Assembly (NCBI GenBank): GCA_040954595.2
Contig: CM082589.2
Coordinates: forward strand, 11,110,894 to 11,174,893
Direction of reading: 5' to 3'
Origin: Balanoglossus misakiensis
Lineage: Eukaryota; Animalia; Hemichordata
Length of the DNA: 64,000 nucleotides
Shown here piece by piece: positions 14,201-27,526 of this stretch. Made by a program: the position numbers and the translations under genes. The notes below the pieces were generated by a model. The model did not search any database, was not told where the DNA came from, and was given only the letters and a program-made list of their open reading frames with translations. Each line of letters starts with the position of its first letter. The first letter of the stretch is position 1.

Positions 14201-17200
14201 TGGTGGGGTCAACCTTTGCGTCAACATTAACCAGAGCACAGAGTAACCAGGCCATAGTGGACAGTGTTCTGCCCATTAATTTTGAGTGTTTGGTGGGGTC
14301 AACCTTTGCGTCAACATTAACTAGGCCAGAGTGGCCAGTATCGTGCCCATTAATTTTGAGTGTTTGGTGGGGTCAACCTTTGCGTCAACATTAACTAGGC
14401 CAGAGTGGCCAGTATCGTGCCCATTAATTTTGAGTGTTTGGTGGGGTCAACCTTTGCGTCAACATTAACTAGGCCAGAGTGGCCAGTATCGTGCCCATTA
14501 ATTTTGAGTGTTTGGTGGGGTCAACCTTTGCGTCAACATTAACTAGGCCAGAGTGGCCAGTATCGTGCCCATTAATTTTGAGTGTTTGGTGGGGTCAACC
14601 TTTGCGTCAACATTAACCAGAGCACACAGTAACCAGGCCGTAGTGGACAGTGTTCTGCCCATTAATTTTGAGTGTTTGGTGGGGTCAACCTTTGCGTCAA
14701 CATTAACCAGAGCACACAGTAACCAGGCCATAGTGGACATTGTGCTGCCCATTAATTTTGAGTGTTTGGTGGGGTCAACCTTTGCGTCAACATTAACCAG
14801 AGCACACAGTAACCAGGCCGTAGTGGACAGTGTTCTGCCCATTAATTTTGAGTGTTTGGTGGGGTCAACCTTTGCGTCAACATTAACCAGATCACACAGT
14901 AACCAGGCCATAGTGGACAGTGTTCTGCCCATTAATTTTGAGTGTTTGGTGGGGTCAACCTTTGCGTCAACATTAACCAGAGCACACAGTAACCAGACCG
15001 TAGTGGACAGTGTTCTGCCCATTAATTTTGAGTGTTTGGTGGGGTCAACCTTTGCGTCAACATTAACCAGAGCACACAGTAACCAGGCCATAGTGGACAG
15101 TGTTCTGCCCATTAATTTTGAGTGTTTGGTGGGGTCAACCTTTGCGTCAACATTAACCAGAGCACACAGTAACCAGGCCATAGTGGACAGTGTGCTGCCC
15201 ATTAATTTTGAGTGTTTGGTGGGGTCAACCTTTGCGTCAACATTAACCAGAGCACACAGTAACCAGGCCATAGTGGACAGTGTTCTGCCCATTAATTTTG
15301 AGTGTTTGGTGGGGTCAACCTTTGCGTCAACATTAACCAGAGCACACAGTAACCAGGCCATAGTGGACAGTATGCTGCCCATTGATTTTAAGTGTTTGGT
15401 GGCGTCAACCTTTGCGTCAACATTAACCAGAGCACACAGTAACCAGGCCGTAGTGGACAGTGTTCTGCCCATTAATTTTGAGTGTTTGGTGGGGTCAACC
15501 TTTGCGTCAACATTAACCAGAGCACACAGTAACCAGGCCATAGTGGACAGTGTTCTGCCCATTAATTTTGAGTGTTTGGTGGGGTCAACCTTTGCGTCAA
15601 CATTAACCAGAGCACACAGTAACCAGGCCGTAGTGGACAGTGTTCTGCCCATTAATTTTGAGTGTTTGGTGGGGTCAACCTTTGCGTCAACATTAACCAG
15701 AGCACACAGTAACCAGGCCATAGTGGACAGTGTGCTGCCCATTAATTTTGAGTGTTTGGTGGGGTCAACCTTTGCGTCAACATTAACCAGAGCACACAGT
15801 AACCAGGCCATAGTGGACAGTGTTCTGCCCATTAATTTTGAGTGTTTGGTGGGGTCAACCTTTGCGTCAACATTAACCAGAGCACACAGTAACCAGGCCG
15901 TAGTGGACAGTGTTCTGCCCATTAATTTTGAGTGTTTGGTGGGGTCAACCTTTGCGTCAACATTAACCAGAGCACACAGTAACCAGGCCGTAGTGGACAG
16001 TGTTCTGCCCATTAATTTTGAGTGTTTGGTGGGGTCAACCTTTGCGTCAACATTAACCAGAGCACACAGTAACCAGGCCATAGTGGACAGTGTGCTGCCC
16101 ATTAATTTTGAGTGTTTGGTGGGGTCAACCTTTGCGTCAACATTAACCAGAGCACACAGTAACCAGGCCGTAGTGGACAGTGTTCTGCCCATTAATTTTG
16201 AGTGTTTGGTGGGGTCAACCTTTGCGTCAACATTAACCAGAGCACACAGTAACCAGTCCATAGTGGACAGTGTGCTGCCCATTAATTTTGAGTGTTTGGT
16301 GGGGTCAACCTTTGCGTCAACATTAACCAGAGCACAGAGTAACCAGGCCATAGTGGACAGTGTTCTGCCCATTAATTTTGAGTGTTTGGTGGGGTCAACC
16401 TTTGCGTCAACATTAACTAGGCCAGAGTGGCCAGTATCGTGCCCATTAATTTTGAGTGTTTGGTGGGGTCAACCTTTGCGTCAACATTAACTAGGCCAGA
16501 GTGGCCAGTATCGTGCCCATTAATTTTGAGTGTTTGGTGGGGTCAACCTTTGCGTCAACATTAACTAGGCCAGAGTGGCCAGTATCGTGCCCATTAATTT
16601 TGAGTGTTTGGTGGGGTCAACCTTTGCGTCAACATTAACTAGGCCAGAGTGGCCAGTATCGTGCCCATTAATTTTGAGTGTTTGGTGGGGTCAACCTTTG
16701 CGTCAACATTAACCAGAGCACACAGTAACCAGGCCATAGTGGACAGTGTGCTGCCCATTAATTTTGAGTGTTTGGTGGGGTCAACCTTTGCGTCAACATT
16801 AACCAGAGCACAGAGTAACCAGGCCATAGTGGACAGTGTTCTGCCCATTAATTTTGAGTGTTTGGTGGGGTCAACCTTTGCGTCAACATTAACTAGGCCA
16901 GAGTGGCCAGTATCGTGCCCATTAATTTTGAGTGTTTGGTGGGGTCAACCTTTGCGTCAACATTAACTAGGCCAGAGTGGCCAGTATCGTGCCCATTAAT
17001 TTTGAGTGTTTGGTGGGGTCAACCTTTGCGTCAACATTAACTAGACCAGAGTGGCCAGTATCGTGCCCATTAATTTTGAGTGTTTGGTGGGGTCAACCTT
17101 TGCGTCAACATTAACTAGGCCAGAGTGGCCAGTATCGTGCCCATTAATTTTGAGTGTTTGGTGGGGTCAACCTTTGCGTCAACATTAACCAGAGCACACA

Positions 17201-19310
17201 GTAACCAGGCCGTAGTGGACAGTGTTCTGCCCATTAATTTTGAGTGTTTGGTGGGGTCAACCTTTGCGTCAACATTAACCAGAGCACACAGTAACCAGGC
17301 CATAGTGGACATTGTGCTGCCCATTAATTTTGAGTGTTTGGTGGGGTCAACCTTTGCGTCAACATTAACCAGAGCACACAGTAACCAGGCCGTAGTGGAC
17401 AGTGTTCTGCCCATTAATTTTGAGTGTTTGGTGGGGTCAACCTTTGCGTCAACATTAACCAGATCACACAGTAACCAGGCCATAGTGGACAGTGTTCTGC
17501 CCATTAATTTTGAGTGTTTGGTGGGGTCAACCTTTGCGTCAACATTAACCAGAGCACACAGTAACCAGACCGTAGTGGACAGTGTTCTGCCCATTAATTT
17601 TGAGTGTTTGGTGGGGTCAACCTTTGCGTCAACATTAACCAGAGCACACAGTAACCAGGCCATAGTGGACAGTGTTCTGCCCATTAATTTTGAGTGTTTG
17701 GTGGGGTCAACCTTTGCGTCAACATTAACCAGAGCACACAGTAACCAGGCCATAGTGGACAGTGTGCTGCCCATTAATTTTGAGTGTTTGGTGGGGTCAA
17801 CCTTTGCGTCAACATTAACCAGAGCACACAGTAACCAGGCCATAGTGGACAGTGTTCTGCCCATTAATTTTGAGTGTTTGGTGGGGTCAACCTTTGCGTC
17901 AACATTAACCAGAGCACACAGTAACCAGGCCATAGTGGACAGTATGCTGCCCATTGATTTTAAGTGTTTGGTGGCGTCAACCTTTGCGTCAACATTAACC
18001 AGAGCACACAATAACCAGGCCGTAGTGGACAGTGTTCTGCCCATTAATTTTGAGTGTTTGGTGGGGTCAACCTTTGCGTCAACATTAACCAGAGCACACA
18101 GTAACCAGGCCATAGTGGACAGTGTTCTGCCCATTAATTTTGAGTGTTTGGTGGGGTCAACCTTTGCGTCAACATTAACCAGAGCACACAGTAACCAGGC
18201 CGTGGTGGACAGTGTGCTGCCCATTAATTTTGAGTGTTTGGTGGGGTCAACCTTTGCGTCAACATTAACTAGGCCAGAGTGGCCAGTATCGTGCCCATTA
18301 ATTTTGAGTGTTTCGTGGGGGTCAACCTTTGCGTCAACATTAACTAGGCCAGAGTGGCCAGTATCGTGCCCATTATTTTTGAGTGTTTGGTGGGGGTCAA
18401 CCTTTGCGTCAACATTAACTAGGCCAGAGTGGCCAGTATCCTGCCCATTAATTTTGAGTGTTTGGTGGGGTCAACCTTTGCATCAACATTAACCAGAGCA
18501 CACAGTAACCAGGCCATAGTGGACAGTGTTCTGCCCATTAATTTTGAGTGTTTGGTGGGGTCAACCTTTGCATCAACATTAACCAGAGCACACAGTAACC
18601 AGGCCGTAGTGGACAGTGTGCTGCCCATTAATTTTGAGTGTTTGGTGGGGTCAACCTTTGCGTCAACATTAACTAGGCCAGAGTGGCCAGTATCGTGCCC
18701 ATTAATTTTGAGTGTTTGGTGGAGGTCAACCTTTGCGTCAACATTAACTAGGCCAGAGTGGCCAGTATCCTGCCCATTAATTTTGAGTGTTTGGTGGGGT
18801 CAACCTTTGCATCAACATTAACCAGAGCACACAGTAACCAGGCCATAGTGGACAGTGTTCTGCCCATTAATTTTGAGTGTTTGGTGGGGTCAACCTTTGC
18901 ATCAACATTAACCAGAGCACACAGTAACCAGGCCGTAGTGGACAGTGTGCTGCCCATTAATTTTGAGTGTTTGGTGGGGTCAACCTTTGCGTCAACATTA
19001 ACCAGAGCACACAGTAACCAGGCCATAGTGGACAGTATGCTGCCCATTGATTTTGAGTGTTTGGTGGGGTCAACCTTTGCGTCAACATTAACTAGGCCAG
19101 AGTGGCCAGTATCGTGCCCATTAATTTTGAGTGTTTGGTGGGGGTCAACCTTTGCGTCAACATTAACTAGGCCAGAGTGGCCAGTATGCTGCCTATTAAT
19201 TTTGAGTGTTTGGTGGGGTCAACCTTTGCGTCAACATTAAGCAGGCCAGACAGTAACCAGGCCAGAGTGGACAGTATCCTGCCTATTAATTTTGAGTGAT
19301 TTGTGGGTCA
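5294..19310. repeat. Tandem satellite/minisatellite array, about 160 units (about 120 of 90 bp, about 40 of 74-75 bp)
   Basis: 90-bp unit TTAATTTTGAGTGTTTGGTGGGGTCAACCTTTGCGTCAACATTAACCAGAGCACACAGTAACCAGGCCRTAGTGGACAGTGTKCTGCCCA; 74-bp unit lacks 16 bp and ends TAGGCCAGAGTGGCCAGTATCGTGCCCA. Highly homogeneous, with more divergence after about 18.2 kb. Counts are approximate manual counts. Confidence 0.98.
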
Positions 19311-19721
19311 ATTTGATCAAATACTGCCTACCGCTGGCGCTGCATATTTGAAGAAATGTGAAAAGATGGCAAGACAGGTTTGGTAAATGTGGGCCCCCTA
19401 ACTGAAGCAAAAGCACAAACTTAAAACAAAGATATGAATTTGGAAGAGTTTTATTTATTACATATGAAAAATAATGAAGACTTATGCTTCAAAGTAAGTA
19501 TCGACGGAGTCGAACCGCCAATGCTGCAATGGCATTATACCCATAATACTTTTTTGCTTTTTGCATGAATTTCATTATTTTTCATATGCTATGCAGCTAA
19601 AGTGTGGCTAGATGGCTAACTGCTGATGTAAAATATCTTGCATACCAATTTGGAACAATTACCCCAAGTAGTGGTCAAACAGAAACAATGCTTGCATTCA
19701 ATTTAAAACAAGGTGACAAAA

Positions 19722-19828
19722 GTGGTTGAAATGAAACAATAAGCAAAAACAGTGTTTATCAAACTGAAATAATGTGGTCGAAATGAAACAATGAGCAAAA
19801 ACAGTGTTTATCAAACTGAAATAATGTG
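19722..19828. repeat. Two-copy ~52-bp tandem duplication
   Basis: GTGGT(T/C)GAAATGAAACAAT(A/G)AGCAAAAACAGTGTTTATCAAACTGAAATAAT twice. Confidence 0.9.
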
Positions 19829-20255
19829 CCAAAATAGCTCCTGTTGATATTGCACAAAATTAACTGTTGCATTCTACCCTTGAGTTAATTTTTATTTCCA
19901 GGCAATTATGTGCTTAATACTAAATATTATCTATGGGTACAAACCATCAGTTTCTTAAGTGCAAATCGCAAGAAGCTCCCCCATACAATTTTAGTGTTTT
20001 TTTAAATCAAGCAAGATAATTACATACTGTGTGATAAACTAACTAACTTTACGCGCCTGGGGACAGTTAAAAACCTCGAGCCAAATATAAAATGAGGAAA
20101 AACTGCCCCCTCCCCCGTTGTGAATTTTAAAAGGTTGGGGCTCAAACTAACCAGAATTGTCTTGCCGACTCCTATTTTTCTGTGTACATTTTGATGTATT
20201 GTTGTTACGCGAGATTGAGGATTCGTGTTGATGCGGGAATTACGATGACGAAAGC

Positions 20256-20452
20256 AAAAAATCCATCGGCGAATCAAACGGGCACACGGCGAAATTCCAT
20301 TACACGACGATCCAACTGCGATGAAGAACGCGAACGCGGGTAACGTTGTAAAAAATCCATCGGCGAATCAAACGGGCACACGGCGAAATTCCATTACATG
20401 ACGAGCGACCTGCAATGAAGAACGCGAACGCGGGTAACGCTGCAAAAAATCC
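20256..20452. repeat. Two-copy ~94-bp CpG-rich tandem duplication
   Basis: AAAAAATCCATCGGCGAATCAAACGGGCACACGGCGAAATTCCATTACA...GAAGAACGCGAACGCGGGTAACG repeated twice. Confidence 0.9.
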
Positions 20453-20875
20453 GCAGACAATTATTACACGAATGCATAGCAACAATTATTTTACCCAACC
20501 TGACACTAATAAATTACCCAATGATTTTAAATTTCTTATTATTACACCCCAACTAATCATTATACCTTTGTAATATTAACACCGTTTATACACATCCCAT
20601 AATGTTTATACCATCAAGTTAATACCATTTTATTATTATTATACCACCAAAACCATGTGTTACCCATTTTTTTTATTATTACACCATTGATGTTAACACC
20701 TTTATATATTATACCGGTATTTACCCTCTGTACATGTACAGTTTTTATTTACCACGTGGCATTACTCATGTTTTTATAGTATTTTAATTACTTATCATAC
20801 CCTTGAAACCATAATATTATACCCTTGCAGACAGTTTTATTATAGTACCCTTGTGCACAATGTCTTATTAGTCAT

Positions 20876-21051
20876 CATACACCAACCCTTCACCATTTCA
20901 TTAGATTATACCATTTTTATTAGCCTAACCTGTTTATACACCAACCCTTCACCATTCCGTTAGATTATACCATTTTTTATTACTCTAACATATTCATACA
21001 CCAACCCTTTACCATTCCCTCAGATTAAACCATTTTTATTAGCCTAACCTA
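20876..21051. repeat. Three diverged ~60-bp tandem units at the end of an ATTATACC-rich low-complexity tract (from about 20490)
   Basis: ACACCAACCCTTCACCATT..TTAGATTATACCATTTTTATTAGCCTAACC three times. Confidence 0.8.
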
Positions 21052-21239
21052 TTGACAGCATCCCTCTGGTTTTGATATTGTTATCTGGTGCGGCGTTGTT
21101 GTAGATATTGATTAGACTCCCTCCGGCGATGATAATACCAATGAACCTATTGAAAAAAAAGAATGAATATTATTAATTAGATCAGATCAACAAATCATGG
21201 CGTCGTTCATCCCTCTGGTCACAGGAGCATCATCTGGCG

Positions 21240-22015
21240 TTGTTACAGGTTTAAGTTCATCCCTCCAGTACAGTATAAGGTGGCGGCGTCGTTACAAGTA
21301 TTAAGTTCATCTCTCCAGTACAGTATTAGGTGGCGGCGGCGTTACAAGTATTAACTTCATCTCTCCAGTACAGTATTAGGTGGCGGCGTCGTTACAAGTA
21401 TTAACTTCATCTCTCCAGTACAGTATTAGGTGGCGGCGTCGTTACAAGTTTAAGTTCATCCCTCCAGTACAGTATTAGGTGGCGGCGTCGTTACAAGTAT
21501 TAACTTCATCTCTCCAGTACAGTATTAGGTGGCGGCGTCGTTACAAGTATTAACTTCATCTCTCCAGTACAGTATTAGGTGGCGGCGTCGTTACAAGTAT
21601 TAACTTCATCTCTCCAGTACAGTATTAGGTGGCGGCGTCGTTACAAGTATTAACTTCATCTCTCCAGTACAGTATTAGGTGGCGGCGTCGTTACAAGTAT
21701 TAACTTCATCTCTCCAGTACAGTATTAGGTGGCGGCGTCGTTACAAGTATTAAGTTCATCTCTCCAGTACAGTATTAGGTGGCGGCGTCGTTACAAGTAT
21801 TAACTTCATCTCTCCAGTACAGTATTAGGTGGCGGCGTCGTTACAAGTATTAACTTCATCTCTCCAGTACAGTATTAGGTGGCGGCGTCGTTACAAGTAT
21901 TAACTTCATCTCTCCAGTACAGTATTAGGTGGCGGCGTCGTTACAAGTTTAAGTTCATACCTCCAGTACAGTATTAGGTGGCGACGTCGTTACAAATATT
22001 ACACTCCCTCCAGCA
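21240..22015. repeat. 50-bp minisatellite, about 15 copies (some 49 bp)
   Basis: TACAGTATTAGGTGGCGGCGTCGTTACAAGTATTAACTTCATCTCTCCAG repeated with a 50-bp period. Confidence 0.97.
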
Positions 22016-22777
22016 GCAGTGTTACCAAAGAACCTAATGTAAAAAAAGAATGAAATTATTTTAATAATCTGATTAGGTCAAGTCATCATATTGATAAAGA
22101 AAACGACAAGAAGAAATCATTTAAAAATTAACGCTGCCAGCACCATTGGTTGGGCCCAAACGGTTCCCATGGTTACCAGGGTATGCCAAGGCTGTATTCT
22201 GCTGTGAATACCAAGATATATGAAAGCTGGTCAAAGGTTACCCCAGGGTCATTGAAAATCGCAAAAAATAGCGTCAAGGACACTGCGGTCTCATTTAGTG
22301 ATTACACTAGAAAAAGTCTACACAGGAGTACAGACAGACAGACACACACATAGAGAGGCAATAAAATATGATGCCCCCCCCCAGCCCCGAAAACATCTTG
22401 ATCTTATGTATGCTGGCCTGGTACAATAGACAAACCAGCCAATTAATGAAAATTTTGTACAAATACAGAGCTCAAAGTTGCATTTTAGTGAGCCCAAAAG
22501 CAAATTAACTCAATGTTATGACAAATTTTACTTTTGCCACTCAAAGTTTGCATCGGTGGGGTGGGATGGCAAGTACTCTTCCCTGATACAATAGACAAAC
22601 CAGCCAATAAATGAAATGAGGTGAAGAATGAAGGTGAAGAATGAATAACTTTATTTGATTCCATTATCTAAACAAACACATCCAATTAACTTCCTACTCA
22701 AATTTCAAAGTAATCAGTCATAGGTTTTGTAAATCATCATGAGAAATCACCCTGAAACCAAATCAAATCAAAAATCA

Positions 22778-23073
22778 TATAAGCCTAGTCGGGCTCTGCG
22801 CTCCAGCTCAAGGAACCAGTTGTGTGTACCAAAGTACAGACTCAAAACATATGGTGGATGTGCCTTTTCCCTTGTCGCGCCACAACTTTGGAATTCTCTG
22901 CCATCTGACATTCAACAGGCTTCTAGTCTCAACATTTTCAAACAAAAACTCAAGACATTTCTATTTGTCAAAGCCTACGAACACTGATGTTATACTTTCA
23001 GCGCCTTTGGAAATAACATTGTTATTGATTCTGGCGCTTTATAAATGTTTGTTTTGATTTGATTTGATTTGAT
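22778..23073 (+). mobile_element. 3' fragment of an L2/CR1-group LINE with (TTTGA)n tail
   Basis: YKPSRALRSS..LCVPKYRLKTYGGCAFSLVAPQLWNSLP..FKQKLKTFLF is the typical L2 ORF2 C-terminus; short 3' UTR and TTTGA repeats follow. Confidence 0.85.
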
Positions 23074-23507
23074 CCCCCAAAAATATACTATTCAATTCAT
23101 CAAGTTGATTTGAAAAACATACATGCAAATCTTACTTGAGCTACCCCTAACATGACTAACAAATTTTAAAGCAATGGAACAAGCGGTTTTAGAGAAAAAA
23201 AATTAATTAAACAAGGCTGAAATTGCTCCAAAATTATCAATATGCAAATTTTGCAACATTTCAACAAAAGTATTGTAACTCATATCACCTACATGAAGCT
23301 TCATACTAAATTTTTTTACCACAAATGAGGAAAAAGGCAAAAAATGCATAAAATAGAACATTCAAACTATTAGTTAAAAAAATACAGGATTGTATGTGGT
23401 TGACATAAGGTACTTGCATACCAATTGTCAAATCAATCTGTAAATTATCATGAGAACAAACCCTGAAACCTTCAAATCAAATTTCAAAGCAGTGGGGGTA
23501 AAGGGGG

Positions 23508-24124
23508 CACAGTACGATATTTTACCCACAACTCTCCATGATTTGTATCATCGAGATTGTCCATTTAATTACTTTCTGTTTTAGATACTAACAATGATAT
23601 GAAGTACATATAACTGTATTAAGATTTATCTAGAAAAAGTATGTTGAGGAATTAGAGTGAAAATTTCAAAATCAAGATTTAAAAGCCATAGAAATCAAAG
23701 TATTCATTCATGTACGTCAAATGTCACACTTAGGAGGAAAGAAGCAATGACTAACTGAGGTGGCCAGTCTCTGTTGAAAGTCAACATGTAAATTTCCATT
23801 GTTCTGTCTATAGAAAAAAATCAATATTGTTTTGTTTGATTAAACAAGTGTTTCAAGTGTCCCTGTTTTACTTCAAACTTTTTTGTATCGGCTGGCTATG
23901 CAATTGCTTATTTTATAAAATTTGTATCTCCTCTTTCAATAATGCATGATTTTGTTTATCATTTGAAATGGTAATTGACAATAAGATTCGCCTTTAAAGC
24001 ATGCTCTCAAAATTTGTATTAGTGGTCTACAATTTTCTCTACACATGTGAACTTTGCCTGGTTTGACCGAGTAATCTCTGGTTGTACAAACCAGAGTGAT
24101 TCATGGGATATTTCACGTACTGTG
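23508..24124. mobile_element. Non-autonomous element with CACAGTA termini and 5-bp GGGGG flanks (Transib/RAG-like or CMC-type)
   Basis: Left GGGGG|CACAGTACGATATTTTACCCA, right TGGGATATTTCACGTACTGTG|GGGGG; 9-bp perfect TIR with imperfect extension. Confidence 0.6.
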
Positions 24125-24904
24125 GGGGGTTCTGAGAAGAGTTTTGACCGAAAATGGCAAAAATCATCCCAAAAATATACTATTCAATTCATCAAGTTGA
24201 TTTGAAAAACATACATGCAAATCTTACTTGGGCTACCCCTAATATGACTAACAAATTTCAAAGCAATGTAACAACCGGTTTAAAAAAAAAATTCAAAAAC
24301 GGCCGAAATTGCTCCAAAATTATGAATATGCAAATTTTGCAACATTTTAACAAAAGTATGCTAACTCATATCACCTATATGAAGCTTCATACTAAATTTC
24401 AAAGAAGTCGTCTCATCAATTTTAGAAAAGTAGATGTTTTACCAAAAATGAGGAAAAAGGCAAAAAATGCATAAAAATAGAACATTCAAACTATTCAAAA
24501 TACAGGACTGTATGTGGTTGACATAAGGTACTTGCATACCAATTGTCAAATCAATCTGACCAGTGGTTTTGACCAATTTCAAATTTTCCCAGCTAATTTG
24601 CATTTATTTAACAATTTCAACTGAATATGGCTGCCAGGTCAAATGACTGATTTGAATTTCAAGGTGCACACTCATTGGCAAGGACAACTGTGACAAATTC
24701 AAGAAGCATAGGTGTGGCAGGTTTTCAGAGCAAGGTGTAAAAAATATCCAGGGAATGGGGCCCAAGCTCCTAAAAACCCAGCACAATACCAATAGGGACT
24801 CATATTACTAACAAAGTGTAAGCCTGTAATAAGTCAAAAGCTGCACATCTTTTTACCACCTCGTGCCAGTACTAAGCAATAAGACTTTTTATAGAGTTGT
24901 TTAA

Positions 24905-25631
24905 GGTGGCACTGCATGAAACCGTCGAGACTTTTTCAGAGGCCTATTTCTCATCAAAGACAAAGTTTAAACCCCCATAAACCATATATATTCTGGAAGC
25001 TGAGATTTTGAACTTTTGTTTGAGTTGCAAATATTATTGATCCCCGGAAATGGTGGCGATTTTGGGCGAAAAAACCCATTTTTTGATATTATGTCATGAA
25101 ATTTAAAATAGGTAAAAAAGTTGACCATGCATCATGCATCTTAATATGTCATTCGAAACTAAAGTACACGTGCAAAAAAACGCTAATTTTGTTTTGCGTT
25201 ATCTGCTTCCATTGAGGAGTAACAGCGTTTGAAAGTTAGATTTTCTGAAAATTTGATCAAATTCACGGTGAGTTGTATTGAGTTTATTCCCGCTAGGGAC
25301 ACTTTATCGACATACAAAACTAGCGTTTTGTTGGATGGGTCATACACAATTCCCTGTCAAAATTTGAGCAAATTCGGCCAATGCAGGGCGAAGCTATTTT
25401 AGTCCGAAGTTGTCAAAAGCAGCGAAAATGCAAACCGAGAAAAACGGCCATTTGCATTGTTGACACCTATTTGTTAAGCTGTGAACTCATTCAGAAAAGT
25501 GCTATTTGGGGGTGATTGTGCACCATTTCCGCCAAGACGTATTAGTCAGGATGTGGGTGAGTATTAGGCCTACCGATTTATGTAAAAAAGTAAAATTTGG
25601 CAAAAATCACAACTTTTCATGCAATGCCACC
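24905..25631. mobile_element. Kolobok-like MITE with TTAA target-site duplication
   Basis: TTAA|GGTGGCACTGCATGAAA ... TTTCATGCAATGCCACC|TTAA (16/17 TIR match), RR..YY termini. Confidence 0.85.
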
Positions 25632-27328
25632 TTAATTGTCTCTGCTGATGCCAGAGATTGAAAAAGAATCCTACAAGTTAGGATTTTCAGAAACAATGAT
25701 AGCTATTTCTATTACTGTTTGTAAACAAAAATGTGATGTTCACCGCCTTGTTTTCAGAAAAGTATTTACATAAATGTTTTTCCATAGAGTTAACACAGAC
25801 ATTGGCAGCCATCTTGAATTTCAAAAACTGCAACAATATCTCCAATGCAACAAATCTGCAAATTGTACTATTTGACACCTGACTTAGGTCAAGGGGTTTC
25901 AGAGATGATGACTACTCTTCAGACTTAGACAAAATAATAATGCAATATTCAGCGGAATTTCAAAAGCATTGACTAAGATCACCAAGGGACAATTCATACC
26001 AAAGATCAAAACAATTAGACGTACCTATTTTAAAGATCATTATGAAAACTTTACAGATTCGGTTATAATGTAAATAAAAGTAGATCACCCCTGTGGACAT
26101 GGCAATCAGACATGCATATTCTGACAAGATTTTTTGTTTGTACAAAAAGGCAACTGTCTCCAAAATACAAAATTACAGATTATGTCACATACCTCAGGGA
26201 GATCAATACTAAATTTCAGAGAAAATTTCCCCCCAAATATGCAAATTTCACCATATTTTGAAGAAACAACTTGTGTCATACCTAGAAACCTGCATAGTCA
26301 AAGTAATCTACGAGCTTAGCTTTTTTCTTCCAAAAACAGCAAAAAACTTGTTCCAAACTACAAATATGCAGAATTCAACACAATTTGAACACACATTACT
26401 TCGCCACCCCAAGAAACCTGCACACCAATTTTAAAAGCACTTGCGCCAGTGATTTCAGAAAAGAAAAATGTTGACAGACATAGGATGACTGAACATCTAT
26501 CTACCTGTCAGATAACTTTTGCAGTGCTGAGAGCAGAGCTAGAGATTGGTGTTGTCTTTTTACATTTTAAATCATCACACTTTGCTACTCAAAGCTACTA
26601 TTCTGCTATGCTTGAGAAATGACTTGGGACCATTTTTGGCAAACAATAGTCACTAATCTTCCTCAGTTTATAGTAAAATGTACCGACACTGTTTTAGTAA
26701 TGTACTGAAAATGTTCAGACTATTTCTTGTGTCTGCATATGTCTTTAGTACAGAAGAATAATCTATCCGGTTGTCATTTCTCTGTTTATTCAGAAATAAA
26801 CTAGTCTGGGTTGCAACAGTAAAAATTTTAAAATATTCATACCCTTTCTGAAGGATGTTCAAAACCAATACCTATGTGAAGCATTATATCAAATTTGCTG
26901 GGTAACTGTGGATTTATAACTTTTGCTAATTACAGTGCTAACTCACACTGGATGATTCGACGGTAATTTTAGATTCATATGAAGATTTTTTACCAATAAT
27001 GTTGAAAAATACAAACAAATGCATCAAAAATAGAAAATCAAAATTAGCTCAAAACATACAGGACTGTATGAGGTAGGCATAAGGTACTTGCATACCAATT
27101 TCCAAATCAATCTGACCAGCAGTTGTTGAATTTTGCGAGTTTTGACCAATTTCACATTTTCCAGCTAATTTGCATATATTTGGTAATGACATTTTCATGT
27201 TAACAAACTCCAATCTACAGCCCAGCCTGCATCTGCACACCAAATATCGAGGTGATATGCACAACGGTTTTCAAGTTTTAGATGTGGACGGACATACAGA
27301 CATACATCCATACAAACAGACAGACATA

Positions 27329-27526
27329 CTGTAAAACACTTTATTTTCGCGAGCAATTAATTTTCGCCAAATACGCGAGAGCCAAAATAACGTGAAAATA
27401 AAAAGTCGCGTAAATTGTTTTTGAAGATAACGATGCAGTGAATGAAATAAGAGAACGCGAAAATTAATACTCGCGAAACAGTGGCCTCTCTCGATATCGC
27501 GAAAAATTTAACTCGCGAAAATACAG
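27329..27526. mobile_element. TA-flanked MITE (Tc1/mariner-like) inserted in a (CATA)n tract
   Basis: TA|CTGTA ... TACAG|TA with repeated internal TTTTCGCGA / CGCGAAAA motifs. Confidence 0.7.

Noticed and set aside
5268-19240. Long ORFs on both strands (up to 645 aa) of 30-aa repeats
   Set aside because: They follow from a 90-bp period with one stop-free frame per strand; 74/75-bp units and G-run indels shift frame repeatedly; no unique N- or C-terminal domain or splice context.
5294-19310. CRISPR-like repeat/spacer array next to a transposase
   Set aside because: The variable part has only two main alleles plus point variants rather than unique spacers; no cas genes; intron-containing eukaryotic context.
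20319-20332. CGATGAAGAACGC matches the conserved 5.8S rRNA motif
   Set aside because: Only 13 nt; flanks do not resemble 5.8S and the second tandem copy differs; no other rDNA in the window.
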